From contig JAILBR010000071.1 of assembly GCA_024680795.1 (NCBI GenBank), positions 2,541 through 66,540 of the forward strand: a DNA stretch of 64,000 nucleotides, read 5' to 3'. The notes beneath the pieces were generated by a model, which worked only from the letters and a program-made list of their open reading frames with translations, was not told where the DNA came from and searched no databases. The position numbers were made by a program, and so were the translations under genes. Shown here piece by piece: positions 47,315 through 55,924 of this stretch. Origin of the DNA: Bacilli bacterium (GTDB lineage Bacteria; Bacillota_I; Bacilli_A; RFN20; CAG-826). Each line of letters begins with the position of its first letter. Positions within the stretch are counted from its first letter, which is position 1.

Positions 47315-47785
47315 ATGATTAATATTTTTGTTTATGGTTTAGACCAATTCGTTGTCGGAGATTTATCAGAAAGACTAACACCTATTTTGGCTAAAGCATT
47401 TGAAGCTGATGAAGATGAAATTAATTTCATTGCTCCAAATGATTTTGTTTTCCATAACGGTGTTGAACAAACTTCTTGGCGAGTAATCGTGGAAGTCCGT
47501 TTACCAGCGGAATTCGACATTGTCGAACACGAAGTAAAAGAAGTTTTGCTTCACTATATCAGCCAAGTCTCTGTCCATGTCGAAGTCACTTTCATTTATT
47601 ATGAAAGAAGAAACCATTACGTCAAAATTAACAAAGACTATCCTTTATATCTCGAAGAAAAAGAAGGTCATCTTAACGAAGAAGAGTATGAAGAAGAATA
47701 CGATGAAACTGATGAAGAAGGACCTTCAGAAGGAGAAGGGGAAGACGAGATTTATACTGAAGACATTTTTAAAGGTAGACTCTAA
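47315..47785 (+). CDS. Small protein with a DUF1904/tautomerase-like core (tentative) and a polyacidic C-terminal tail
   Basis: The ~110-aa core has a pattern I recall from DUF1904 (F.YG...V..LS; FIAP...F.NG; VEV; VEVTF.YY). It ends in EEEYEEEYDETDEEGPSEGEGEDEIY. Confidence 0.4.
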   Translation: MINIFVYGLDQFVVGDLSERLTPILAKAFEADEDEINFIAPNDFVFHNGVEQTSWRVIVEVRLPAEFDIVEHEVKEVLLHYISQVSVHVEVTFIYYERRNHYVKINKDYPLYLEEKEGHLNEEEYEEEYDETDEEGPSEGEGEDEIYTEDIFKGRL

Positions 47786-47803
47786 TATCCCTATTTACAA
47801 CAT

Positions 47804-49057
47804 ATGAAAGAACTAGAAGTTTCCAAAAACATTTTAGAAAAAATCATTCTTAAAGACGTACCTTTTGCCTTAGCAATTAGAAACGGATTAAAAAAAGGCA
47901 ATCTAGATGGCACAGCAAGAAGTAATATCACCGCGTTATTAGGTTGCGAATTACGTCATCACTTTCTATTAAATAATTTAATCGAAAGATATTTTGATAA
48001 TCCTAGCTTTGAAGATACTGTCTATTTAAGATTTTTAGTAACTAACAAACTATTTTTGCATCGCTATAAAAATGAAGAACTTTACGCTTTAGCGATCCAA
48101 ACTTTAGATAAAGAAAAAGTTGATATGCTCATGCAATTTGTCTCATCCACAAATGAGATTATTCCTAGTGATCTTGATAAAGCTTCTCCAGAATATTTAT
48201 CGATGAGATTTAATACACCTGCCTGGGTCATTAAGATGTGGCAAAAGCAATACGGCAAAGGTTTGACATTTAAAATTTTAAAATGTAACTACCATCAATC
48301 CACCCCATCTGTGAGAGTAAATGAGCGTGTTATCAAGGCGGAAGATATTTTAAGTAAATATCCTGACTTCGCTAATTCGCCGGTGGAGAACATCTTGATT
48401 TATCAAGGTAGGGGAACTCCTAAACACTTAGATGAATTCAAACAAAACAAAATCTTCTTTATGAAGATGGCTACTAAATATGTGATTGATAAGTTAGAGA
48501 TTGAACCAATCAAAAGAATTGCTATTTATAGTGATGTCCCAAACAATATCTATTTAGATATGGTGGCAAGATTTGGTGAAAAGGTAGCGTTAGATTTAGT
48601 AATCAACCACACTCAATCATTCTTTGAATGCCAAAAAGTGGTGGAAGAATCAAAATATAACAATATCGGTGTCTATAACGCTTCTTATTCAAGCCTTATC
48701 ACTTGTATCTCACACCGTGTTGGCACCATGATTTGTTTACCAAGAAACTCAATGTTTGATCTTTTAAGGAGTACACCTGACTACTTTATTAGAATCAAAC
48801 AAGAAAAACTTGATGAAATTATTGCTGAAGAAGCAGGAACACTAGATAATGCAGCTCAATTAGTGGAATTAGACGGAACTCTTGTTTATATGGTTCCAAC
48901 TATTTCTAAAAAAGAATCTTCAACTTTAATTGGAAACTTCTTATATAAACATCCAGAATTTGAACTTATAGAAGAAAAACAATTCTTCCCATTTGAAGCA
49001 TTTGATTCATGCTTATATTACGCAATTTTAAGAAGAAAAGGTGAAAGCCGTGATTAA
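47804..49057 (+). CDS. RsmB/Sun-family homologue with degenerate catalytic motifs (probable pseudo-methyltransferase)
   Basis: It shows the NusB-like N-terminal half, the RsmB-like linker (RFNTPAWVIKMWQKQYG) and a C-terminal fold in the canonical rsmB position upstream of rlmN. The CAAPGGK, DAPCSG and YSTCS motifs read YSDVPNN, CLPRNS and YMVPTIS. Confidence 0.65.
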   Translation: MKELEVSKNILEKIILKDVPFALAIRNGLKKGNLDGTARSNITALLGCELRHHFLLNNLIERYFDNPSFEDTVYLRFLVTNKLFLHRYKNEELYALAIQTLDKEKVDMLMQFVSSTNEIIPSDLDKASPEYLSMRFNTPAWVIKMWQKQYGKGLTFKILKCNYHQSTPSVRVNERVIKAEDILSKYPDFANSPVENILIYQGRGTPKHLDEFKQNKIFFMKMATKYVIDKLEIEPIKRIAIYSDVPNNIYLDMVARFGEKVALDLVINHTQSFFECQKVVEESKYNNIGVYNASYSSLITCISHRVGTMICLPRNSMFDLLRSTPDYFIRIKQEKLDEIIAEEAGTLDNAAQLVELDGTLVYMVPTISKKESSTLIGNFLYKHPEFELIEEKQFFPFEAFDSCLYYAILRRKGESRD

Positions 49058-50087
49058 TCTCTATGGAATGGAGATGAAAAAGCTCCAATCTTTAATGGTG
49101 GAAAGAGGGCAAAAACCTTTTCGCGCTGTTCAGCTTTATACCTGGATATATGAAAAAAGAGCGACATCTTTTGATGAGATGAGCGATATTTCATTACGCT
49201 TTAGAGAAGAACTTAAACAAGACTTTTGTCTTGAAATCCCAAAAATCCACACCAAACAAGTGTCTAATGATGGCACGATTAAGTTACTTTTAGAACTTAA
49301 AGATGGCTATAAAGTAGAAACAGTGTTGATGAGATATAACTATGGCAACGCTGTCTGCGTTTCTAGCCAAGTTGGTTGTAATATGGGCTGTTCATTCTGC
49401 TCTAGTGGTATTTTAGGAAAACAAAGAAACCTCGAACCAGAAGAAATGGTGGGACAAATCTTAGTTATCAATAACCTTCTAAAAGAAGAAGGCAAAGGCG
49501 AAAGAGTGTCTCATATCGTCGTGATGGGAACTGGTGAACCTTTTGATAACTATGATAATGTCATGGATTTTATCCGTATTGTTAATAATCAAAAAGGATT
49601 AGCAATTGGGGCTAGACATATCACTGTTTCAACTTGTGGACTTCCAGATAAAATTAGGAAATATTCTTTAGAAGGATTACAAACAAATTTAGCGATTTCT
49701 TTACACGCTCCTAATAACGAATTAAGAAATAAACTAATGAAGATAAATAAGGCTCATCCACTTGAAGAAGTGATGGAAGCCATTAGAGAATATGAAAGTA
49801 ACGCGGGTAGAAGAGTAACTTATGAGTACCTTCTTTTAGAAGGTATAAATGACACAAAAGAATGTGCAATGGAGCTCATTAATTTAATAAAAGGGACATT
49901 TGGATATGTTAATTTAATCCCTTATAATGAGACAAATAAAAATGACTATAAAAGAAGTAGTGGCAACCGTGTCCACGCTTTCTTAGATATACTTATGAAA
50001 AATGGTGTCAAAGCGACAATCAGAAAAGAATTTGGTAGTGACATCGACGCCGCATGTGGCCAATTAAAGGCCAAGGTAGGAGACTGA
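49041..50087 (+). CDS. rlmN: 23S rRNA/tRNA adenine-C2 methyltransferase RlmN (radical SAM)
   Basis: CNMGCSFC radical-SAM cluster motif and FRAVQLYTWIY N-terminus. The start is GTG 49041 or GTG 49050 (after AAGGTG). Confidence 0.9.
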   Translation: MKAVINLYGMEMKKLQSLMVERGQKPFRAVQLYTWIYEKRATSFDEMSDISLRFREELKQDFCLEIPKIHTKQVSNDGTIKLLLELKDGYKVETVLMRYNYGNAVCVSSQVGCNMGCSFCSSGILGKQRNLEPEEMVGQILVINNLLKEEGKGERVSHIVVMGTGEPFDNYDNVMDFIRIVNNQKGLAIGARHITVSTCGLPDKIRKYSLEGLQTNLAISLHAPNNELRNKLMKINKAHPLEEVMEAIREYESNAGRRVTYEYLLLEGINDTKECAMELINLIKGTFGYVNLIPYNETNKNDYKRSSGNRVHAFLDILMKNGVKATIRKEFGSDIDAACGQLKAKVGD

Positions 50088-50088
50088 T

Positions 50089-50844
50089 ATGGGAGACTTT
50101 ATTTCCGGTAATTTTCATACCTTAACAAATATAGGAAAAGTAAGAGCGGTCAACGAAGATTTTGCTGACGCGAGATTAAACGCTTTTGGACACCTCATTT
50201 TAATCGTTGCCGATGGCATGGGTGGACAAAACTGTGGTGACTTTGCTAGCCGCACAATCGGTATGGGTTTAGTTCAAGAATTTTTGGACTATGAAAAACC
50301 TTTTACCAGTTCAAAACAAGTAGAAAAATGGCTTTATAAAGCCATCAATAAATATAACCGCATTATTTATAAAAAAGCTCACGATGATAAAAGATTCGCT
50401 GGATCAGGCACAACTTTAACATGTGCAGTTATTTTTGGCGGAAACCTCGTAGTGGGCCAAGTTGGTGACTCAAGACTTTATAAAATAAACGAAAATAATC
50501 AACTTGAACAAGTGACCGTTGATCAAACTTATGTGCAACATTTAGTGGCTACTAAAAAGATAACTGCTAGCCAAGCATCAACTCATCCAGAAAGACATAA
50601 ACTCACTAATGCAATCGGTGTGAAATTTAACGCTTTAGTGGATATTCAAGAATATCCTTATCACGGAGAAAAGATTTTACTTTGTAGTGATGGACTTTAT
50701 AACAACGTCCCATTCTATGACATGCAGTCTATTTTAAAAAGTAAAGAATCAGTGGAAAGAAAATGTGTCCAATTCATTACCTTTGGTAACGCAAATGGCG
50801 GCAGTGACAATATGGCAGTGGTGATTTGGGAGGCCAATAATTAA
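50089..50844 (+). CDS. prpC: PP2C-family Ser/Thr phosphatase (PrpC/Stp)
   Basis: NEDF, VADGMGG, LCSDGL and GGSDN motifs. Confidence 0.88.
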   Translation: MGDFISGNFHTLTNIGKVRAVNEDFADARLNAFGHLILIVADGMGGQNCGDFASRTIGMGLVQEFLDYEKPFTSSKQVEKWLYKAINKYNRIIYKKAHDDKRFAGSGTTLTCAVIFGGNLVVGQVGDSRLYKINENNQLEQVTVDQTYVQHLVATKKITASQASTHPERHKLTNAIGVKFNALVDIQEYPYHGEKILLCSDGLYNNVPFYDMQSILKSKESVERKCVQFITFGNANGGSDNMAVVIWEANN

Positions 50845-51710
50845 TGATTCTTCCTCTTCACACTTTGATATATAACCGTTATATCCCCACTAGATATATC
50901 GCTAGTGGTGGTATGGCTGAAATATATGAAGCCAATGATACTTATAGCCATAAACCAGTGGCGATTAAGGTGATTAAAGAAGAATATAAAGACGACTTAT
51001 TTGAACTAGATAGATTTAAAAATGAGGCGAGATATGTCTCGATGTTTTCTCATCCTCATATCATCAACATTTTTAATGTTGGGAAGTATAATGATAACTT
51101 CTTTATCGTCTACGAACTTTTATCTGGAAAAACTCTAAAAGAGTGTTTAGATGAAAGAGGTCATTTATCGGTGGAAGAAGCCATCAACTTCATGCTTCAA
51201 ATCCTAGATGCGACTAAACACATCCATGAAAGAGGAGTGGTTCATAACGATTTAAAACCTGATAACATGTTTCTATTTTATGATGGGAATATTAAGTTAT
51301 TAGATTTTGGGATTGCCACTCATATCGGAGAAAGAGATTTAGAAAAGGCTAATGCTTCAATTTTATATGCTTCTCCAGAAGTATTAAGAAATAAAGATTA
51401 TTCGGTTAAATCTGACCTTTATTCTTTAGGGATAATTCTTTATGAATTATTATCAGGAAGAACCCCTTATATGAAAGATAATACTGAAGAAGAAATAAAA
51501 GCCCACATCTACGAAGAAGTGCCATCATTAAATAAATATATCCATCTTAAAAATGGCAAAGATTTTGACTATATCATCAAAAAATGTACTAACCATGACT
51601 TAACAAAAAGATATAGAAATGATCAAGAGATGATTAATGATTTAAAAAAGATAAAAGAGGGTGAACCACTTAAAAAGAAATCGATATTCGAAAGGCTATT
51701 TGAAAAATAA
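50844..51710 (+). CDS. prkC: Hanks-type Ser/Thr protein kinase, catalytic domain only
   Basis: SGGMAEIYEA G-loop, VAIKVIK, HNDLKPDN catalytic loop, DFGIA and SPE. At 288 aa it has no TM or PASTA region. Confidence 0.85.
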   Translation: MILPLHTLIYNRYIPTRYIASGGMAEIYEANDTYSHKPVAIKVIKEEYKDDLFELDRFKNEARYVSMFSHPHIINIFNVGKYNDNFFIVYELLSGKTLKECLDERGHLSVEEAINFMLQILDATKHIHERGVVHNDLKPDNMFLFYDGNIKLLDFGIATHIGERDLEKANASILYASPEVLRNKDYSVKSDLYSLGIILYELLSGRTPYMKDNTEEEIKAHIYEEVPSLNKYIHLKNGKDFDYIIKKCTNHDLTKRYRNDQEMINDLKKIKEGEPLKKKSIFERLFEK

Positions 51711-51711
51711 T

Positions 51712-52566
51712 ATGGAAGGTATTATTGTCGCGATTCAATATGGAGTATATTCAGTAGAATGTGATGGAGTGATTTATCAAACTTCACCACGTGGTGTTTT
51801 CCGTAAACATTCCATCAAACCAATGGTTGGTGACCGTGTCATTTTAGATGAGGGAAACTTCATCATTAAAGATGTTCTTCCAAGAACTACTGAACTAAAA
51901 AGACCGGCGATATCTAATGTCGACCAAATCCTTTTGGTTTTCTCTCTTTCTGAGCCAAGTTTTTCCTATTATTTGGCTCTAAAATATTTAACGTACTGCA
52001 ACTATCAAGGAGTAAAAGCTTATCTAGTTTTAACTAAGACCGATAAGTCACTTGATAAAGAAGAAGAAAGAATATCAAAAGATTTTGGGACAATTGGAAT
52101 CGAAACTTTCTCCGTTAGTAACCTAACAGGAGAAGGAGTGGAAAAAGTCAAAGAATTATTAGAAGGAAAGGTCAGTTGCTTAATGGGACAAACCGGCGCT
52201 GGCAAATCTTCATTATTAAATAGCGTGGACCCAAATTATAACCGTTCTATCGGAGAATATTCGATGGCGTTAGGAAGAGGCAAACACCAAACCAAAGAGG
52301 TGGTTTTATTACCATATTTAAATGGCTATTTAGCGGATACTCCTGGGTTCTCATCTCTTGAACTTGATATGACTGAATTAGATGTCAGTCACTATTTCCC
52401 AGGGATGGAAGAGGCTTCTCTTAAGTGTTTCTATCCTAACTGTTTACATGTCAGTGAGCCAAAATGTGCTGTTAAAGAAAAATTCCTTGAAGGTAATATT
52501 CCTTCAATTATTTACGAATCTTATTTAAAATTATTACAGGAAATAAAGGAGAAACGTCATGGATAA
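51712..52566 (+). CDS. rsgA: Ribosome small-subunit-dependent GTPase RsgA
   Basis: Circularly permuted GTPase: LTKTD, GQTGAGKSSLLN, DTPGF and the Zn motif CFYPNCLHVSEPKC. The start is set at ATG 51712, 1 nt after the kinase stop. Confidence 0.9.
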   Translation: MEGIIVAIQYGVYSVECDGVIYQTSPRGVFRKHSIKPMVGDRVILDEGNFIIKDVLPRTTELKRPAISNVDQILLVFSLSEPSFSYYLALKYLTYCNYQGVKAYLVLTKTDKSLDKEEERISKDFGTIGIETFSVSNLTGEGVEKVKELLEGKVSCLMGQTGAGKSSLLNSVDPNYNRSIGEYSMALGRGKHQTKEVVLLPYLNGYLADTPGFSSLELDMTELDVSHYFPGMEEASLKCFYPNCLHVSEPKCAVKEKFLEGNIPSIIYESYLKLLQEIKEKRHG

Positions 52567-53215
52567 AGCTATTATTGCTCCTTCAATATTGAGCGCTGAT
52601 TTTAAGTATTTATATGAAGAGATTCAAAAGGTGGAACAAGCCGGAGCTGAATATCTTCATTTTGACGTGATGGATGGACACTTTGTTCCTAATATTTCCT
52701 TTGGTATTCCAGTTTTAAAATCTATCGCTAAATGTCATCATATGGTCAATGATGTCCATATCATGATTGCTGACCCATATCGATACGCCCCTGATTTTTG
52801 TAAGGCAGGAGCGGATATTCTTACTTTCCATTATGAAGCATGTAATAGTGACGCTGAAGTCTTTAAAGTCATCGACTTAATCCATGAATATGGGGCGAAA
52901 GCCGGCTTATCAATTAAACCAGGAACACATATCTCAAAGGTTTTACCTTTCCTATATTCTTTAGACTTAGTTTTAATCATGTCTGTTGAGCCTGGTTTTG
53001 GTGGACAATCCTTCATTCCAGAATCATTAGGCAAAGTTATTTATTTAAGAAATTATATCGATGAAAATAACATCAAATGTTTGATTGAAATCGATGGTGG
53101 AATCAATGAAGAAACTGGAAAGATTGCTCGTGCTGCTGGAGTTGATATTCTTGTTGCGGGTAGTTATTTATTTGGCCACGATGACATCAAAGAAAGAATC
53201 GAAAAGATTAGATAA
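52559..53215 (+). CDS. rpe: Ribulose-phosphate 3-epimerase
   Basis: PSILSADF, HFDVMDGHFVPN and VEPGFGGQ motifs. Confidence 0.93.
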   Translation: MDKAIIAPSILSADFKYLYEEIQKVEQAGAEYLHFDVMDGHFVPNISFGIPVLKSIAKCHHMVNDVHIMIADPYRYAPDFCKAGADILTFHYEACNSDAEVFKVIDLIHEYGAKAGLSIKPGTHISKVLPFLYSLDLVLIMSVEPGFGGQSFIPESLGKVIYLRNYIDENNIKCLIEIDGGINEETGKIARAAGVDILVAGSYLFGHDDIKERIEKIR

Positions 53216-53217
53216 AA

Positions 53218-53856
53218 ATGTATATTGTTTCTTTTGCTGCTTCTTTAGTTTTTCTCTTCGCTTATATATTTTCCACTCTATTAATATTTAATAAGGATAA
53301 TAAGGGAGAACCTTTTAGTTTTAGAAATCACTTCGCTTATGAACTTTGGATCAAAAGAGATAAAAAAGAAGTGGTGCTTAATCTCCTCTTACTTTTAAGT
53401 GTGGGGTTATTTGCTTTGGCTTTTATCTTATTTGCCGTTAAGAATTTCAGTGTTATCAACTTAGTCAGCGCGATATTCGCCACTGTCATCGCTTTTTCAG
53501 TAGTGGTGCTATTTTATCTCCCACTTAATAAATTAAGAGAGAGATGCATTTTCTCTATTTTATTTGCGGTTTTTACCACAATGTTAAACGGCTTAATCAT
53601 CTTTAACTCAGTGAATATGATGAATCAACTAGAAGAAAAACTTATTCTCATCCCAATTGTCGTCAGTGCAATAATTGTAATTATTGGTATCTTTACTATC
53701 TTCAATCCTCATCTCTTTAACTTTGACATGCAAAGGAATGAAGATGGAACCCTACAAAGACCTAAATATATCACTCTCGCCTTCTTTGAATGGCTAATCA
53801 TATTCTCATTCTTATTTAGTCAGATATTTATCGTTTTATATCCTATTCTAAAGTAA
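53218..53856 (+). CDS. Polytopic membrane protein of unknown function
   Basis: 212 aa with about 6 hydrophobic segments. It occupies the position held by thiN in Bacillus. No motif recognised. Confidence 0.5.
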   Translation: MYIVSFAASLVFLFAYIFSTLLIFNKDNKGEPFSFRNHFAYELWIKRDKKEVVLNLLLLLSVGLFALAFILFAVKNFSVINLVSAIFATVIAFSVVVLFYLPLNKLRERCIFSILFAVFTTMLNGLIIFNSVNMMNQLEEKLILIPIVVSAIIVIIGIFTIFNPHLFNFDMQRNEDGTLQRPKYITLAFFEWLIIFSFLFSQIFIVLYPILK

Positions 53857-53887
53857 AAAAATCACTTCTTCGCGAAGTGAGTTTTTA
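53855..53887. terminator. Bidirectional terminator between the membrane-protein gene and convergent rpmB
   Basis: TCACTTC (53862-53868) pairs with GAAGTGA (53874-53880), with an A7 run upstream and GTTTTTAT downstream. Confidence 0.7.
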
Positions 53888-53908
53888 TATCAGTTTGATA
53901 ACTTGTTT

Positions 53909-54112
53909 TTATCTTTCTTTTTGAGCTTTATTGAGGGTCTTATAAGCACGAGTGGATAAACGGACACGTGTTGGCTTACCATCAACGATTACTGTATGAT
54001 ATTGGAGATTTGTATTCCATTTTCTACGAGTAGCTCTTAAAGAGTGTGAACGGTTGTTACCACTGACTGGTCCTTTTCCTGTTACTGGGCAAACTCTTGA
54101 CATATCTTGCAC
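53909..54112 (-). CDS. rpmB: 50S ribosomal protein L28
   Basis: [30 protein letters not shown]. An AAGGAGGTG SD lies upstream. Confidence 0.95.
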   Translation of the reverse strand: MQDMSRVCPVTGKGPVSGNNRSHSLRATRRKWNTNLQYHTVIVDGKPTRVRLSTRAYKTLNKAQKER

Positions 54113-54170
54113 CTCCTTAAGCGTCCGATAAATCTTATCATATGATAATGATTCATTGCAACAATTTTTA

Positions 54171-54653
54171 CTAATATTTTTCTTCTGGATGTTTTCTTCT
54201 AAATTCTTCGACGGACATAGTATTTGGACACTTCTTAATTAGTGTTTCAACGAGCACTCCATTTTTATCTCCGAGAAGATATCTCATCTTGGCTTTTGAA
54301 GAATAAAATATAGCCATATTTTTTCTCTTGCTCTCATTGATATCAACGAATTCAATGTTCTTATACTCGAACTGATATTCCTTTCCAAATTTTTTCATGA
54401 TGAAATATTTATCTTCAATCATGTAATAATACGAGAAAAGTGTAGGGATAAAAATGCCTAAACCTGCCGCTAATGCGATACCAATAACCATTGGTTGATG
54501 ATAGTCCCAAGGTATGGCGTAAAAGGTTCCAGAAGATGAGTCGAAAGCAATAAAAAGACTTGATAGAGCTGAAAATAAAATCACATAGATAATCAGCAAT
54601 ACAACTAAGAATCTCCAGACTATTCTCCAAGTGGCAACACGATACTTTTTCAT
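54171..54653 (-). CDS. Two-TM membrane protein with a small cytoplasmic C-terminal domain (bacterial PH-like?)
   Basis: [27 protein letters not shown]..., a second TM helix, then a ~70-aa soluble domain. The start is moved to the internal ATG. The family call is tentative. Confidence 0.45.
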   Translation of the reverse strand: MKKYRVATWRIVWRFLVVLLIIYVILFSALSSLFIAFDSSSGTFYAIPWDYHQPMVIGIALAAGLGIFIPTLFSYYYMIEDKYFIMKKFGKEYQFEYKNIEFVDINESKRKNMAIFYSSKAKMRYLLGDKNGVLVETLIKKCPNTMSVEEFRRKHPEEKY

Positions 54654-54761
54654 TTGCTTACCTTCGAAGTAATAGTGTAGCACAAAATGGAATATAAATA
54701 AGCATTTTTATTAGCTTTCTATAGAAGAAATATTTATTTCTTTTATAAAAGTCTTTATTAA

Positions 54762-54769
54762 TGTAGAAT
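54762..54769 (+). promoter_or_regulatory. Extended -10 box (TGTAGAAT) upstream of glgC
   Basis: TGTAGAAT at 54762-54769, an AGAGG SD, and ATG at 54792. Confidence 0.4.
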
Positions 54770-54791
54770 TAATGTTAGAGGTTTTGAATAT

Positions 54792-55922
54792 ATGAATAGT
54801 AAAGTTGTTGCTATGATTTTAGCCGGTGGAAAGGGAACCAGGTTAGAGTCTTTAACTAAGAAGACCGCTAAACCAGCCGTTTCGTTCGCTGCTAAATATC
54901 GTATTATCGATTTCCCACTTTCAAACTGCGCTAATTCAGGGATTAACGTTGTTGGTGTTTTAACCCAATACGAATCCACCGACTTAGATGCTTATGTTGG
55001 AAATGGTGAAAAATGGGGCCTTAATGGTGTCCATTGCTTAATGTCTTGCTTAGCACCAAGACAAACCGAGGAAGGTGCAAACTGGTATAAAGGTACTGCT
55101 GATGCAATTACTCAAAATATCGACTTCTTAGATGCACAAAATCCTGCATACGTCGTCATCCTTTCTGGTGATCACATCTATAAGACCACCTACACAAAGA
55201 TGATTGAATTACACGAAAAATCAAACGCTGACGCAACCATCTCTGTTATCGAAGTTGATCCAAAAGAAGCTTCCAGATTTGGTATTATGGCGGTTGATAA
55301 AAACGATGTTATCGTTGAATTCCAAGAAAAACCAAAGAACCCAAAGAGCAATTTAGCAAGTATGGGTGTTTATGTCTTCTCTTGGAAAGTGTTAAGAAAA
55401 TACTTAGTTGCTGATGCAAAAGATGAAAAATCAGACCACGACTTTGGTAAAGATATCATCCCAGCAATGCTTGGCGATAAGAGAAAACTTCAAGCCTATA
55501 GATTTGAAGGCTACTGGAGAGATGTTGGAACTTTAGCCTCCCTTCATGAAGCTAATATGGATATCGCATTAGATAAGATGGAATTAAACTTATATGATGC
55601 TGATCCAACAAGCCGTATTTATACCGCTGATCACTATAGCTTCCCACAATATGTTGGCAAACAAGCTTCGGTCACTCGTAGTATCGCTACCCAAGGTTCG
55701 GTCCTATTAGGCGAAATTGATTCTTGTGTTGTCTCCGCTGGCGTCTTTATTGATGTCGAAAGTAAATGTACACGTTGTGTCATTATGGAAGGCGCAAGAA
55801 TTGGCAAAGGTGCAGTTGTTAATAACGCGATTATCGCACCTGGTGTCAATGTTCCAGAAGGTGCACAAATCAACGTCGATGGCGATAAAGTTGTGCTCAT
55901 CGATAGCAGATGGAGGGCTTAA
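54792..55922 (+). CDS. glgC: Glucose-1-phosphate adenylyltransferase catalytic subunit
   Basis: ILAGGKGTRL and KPAVSFAAKYRIIDFPLSNCANSGI motifs, with a left-handed beta-helix C-terminus. Confidence 0.92.
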   Translation: MNSKVVAMILAGGKGTRLESLTKKTAKPAVSFAAKYRIIDFPLSNCANSGINVVGVLTQYESTDLDAYVGNGEKWGLNGVHCLMSCLAPRQTEEGANWYKGTADAITQNIDFLDAQNPAYVVILSGDHIYKTTYTKMIELHEKSNADATISVIEVDPKEASRFGIMAVDKNDVIVEFQEKPKNPKSNLASMGVYVFSWKVLRKYLVADAKDEKSDHDFGKDIIPAMLGDKRKLQAYRFEGYWRDVGTLASLHEANMDIALDKMELNLYDADPTSRIYTADHYSFPQYVGKQASVTRSIATQGSVLLGEIDSCVVSAGVFIDVESKCTRCVIMEGARIGKGAVVNNAIIAPGVNVPEGAQINVDGDKVVLIDSRWRA

Positions 55923-55924
55923 TC

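Noticed and set aside
50844-51710. Considered that the short kinase is a pseudogene fragment of a full-length PrkC.
   Set aside because: All catalytic subdomains from the G-loop to the C-lobe are in frame. The stop is followed 1 nt later by a canonical rsgA start. No out-of-frame PASTA or TM-like remnants exist downstream. It is treated as a genuine short form (see findings).
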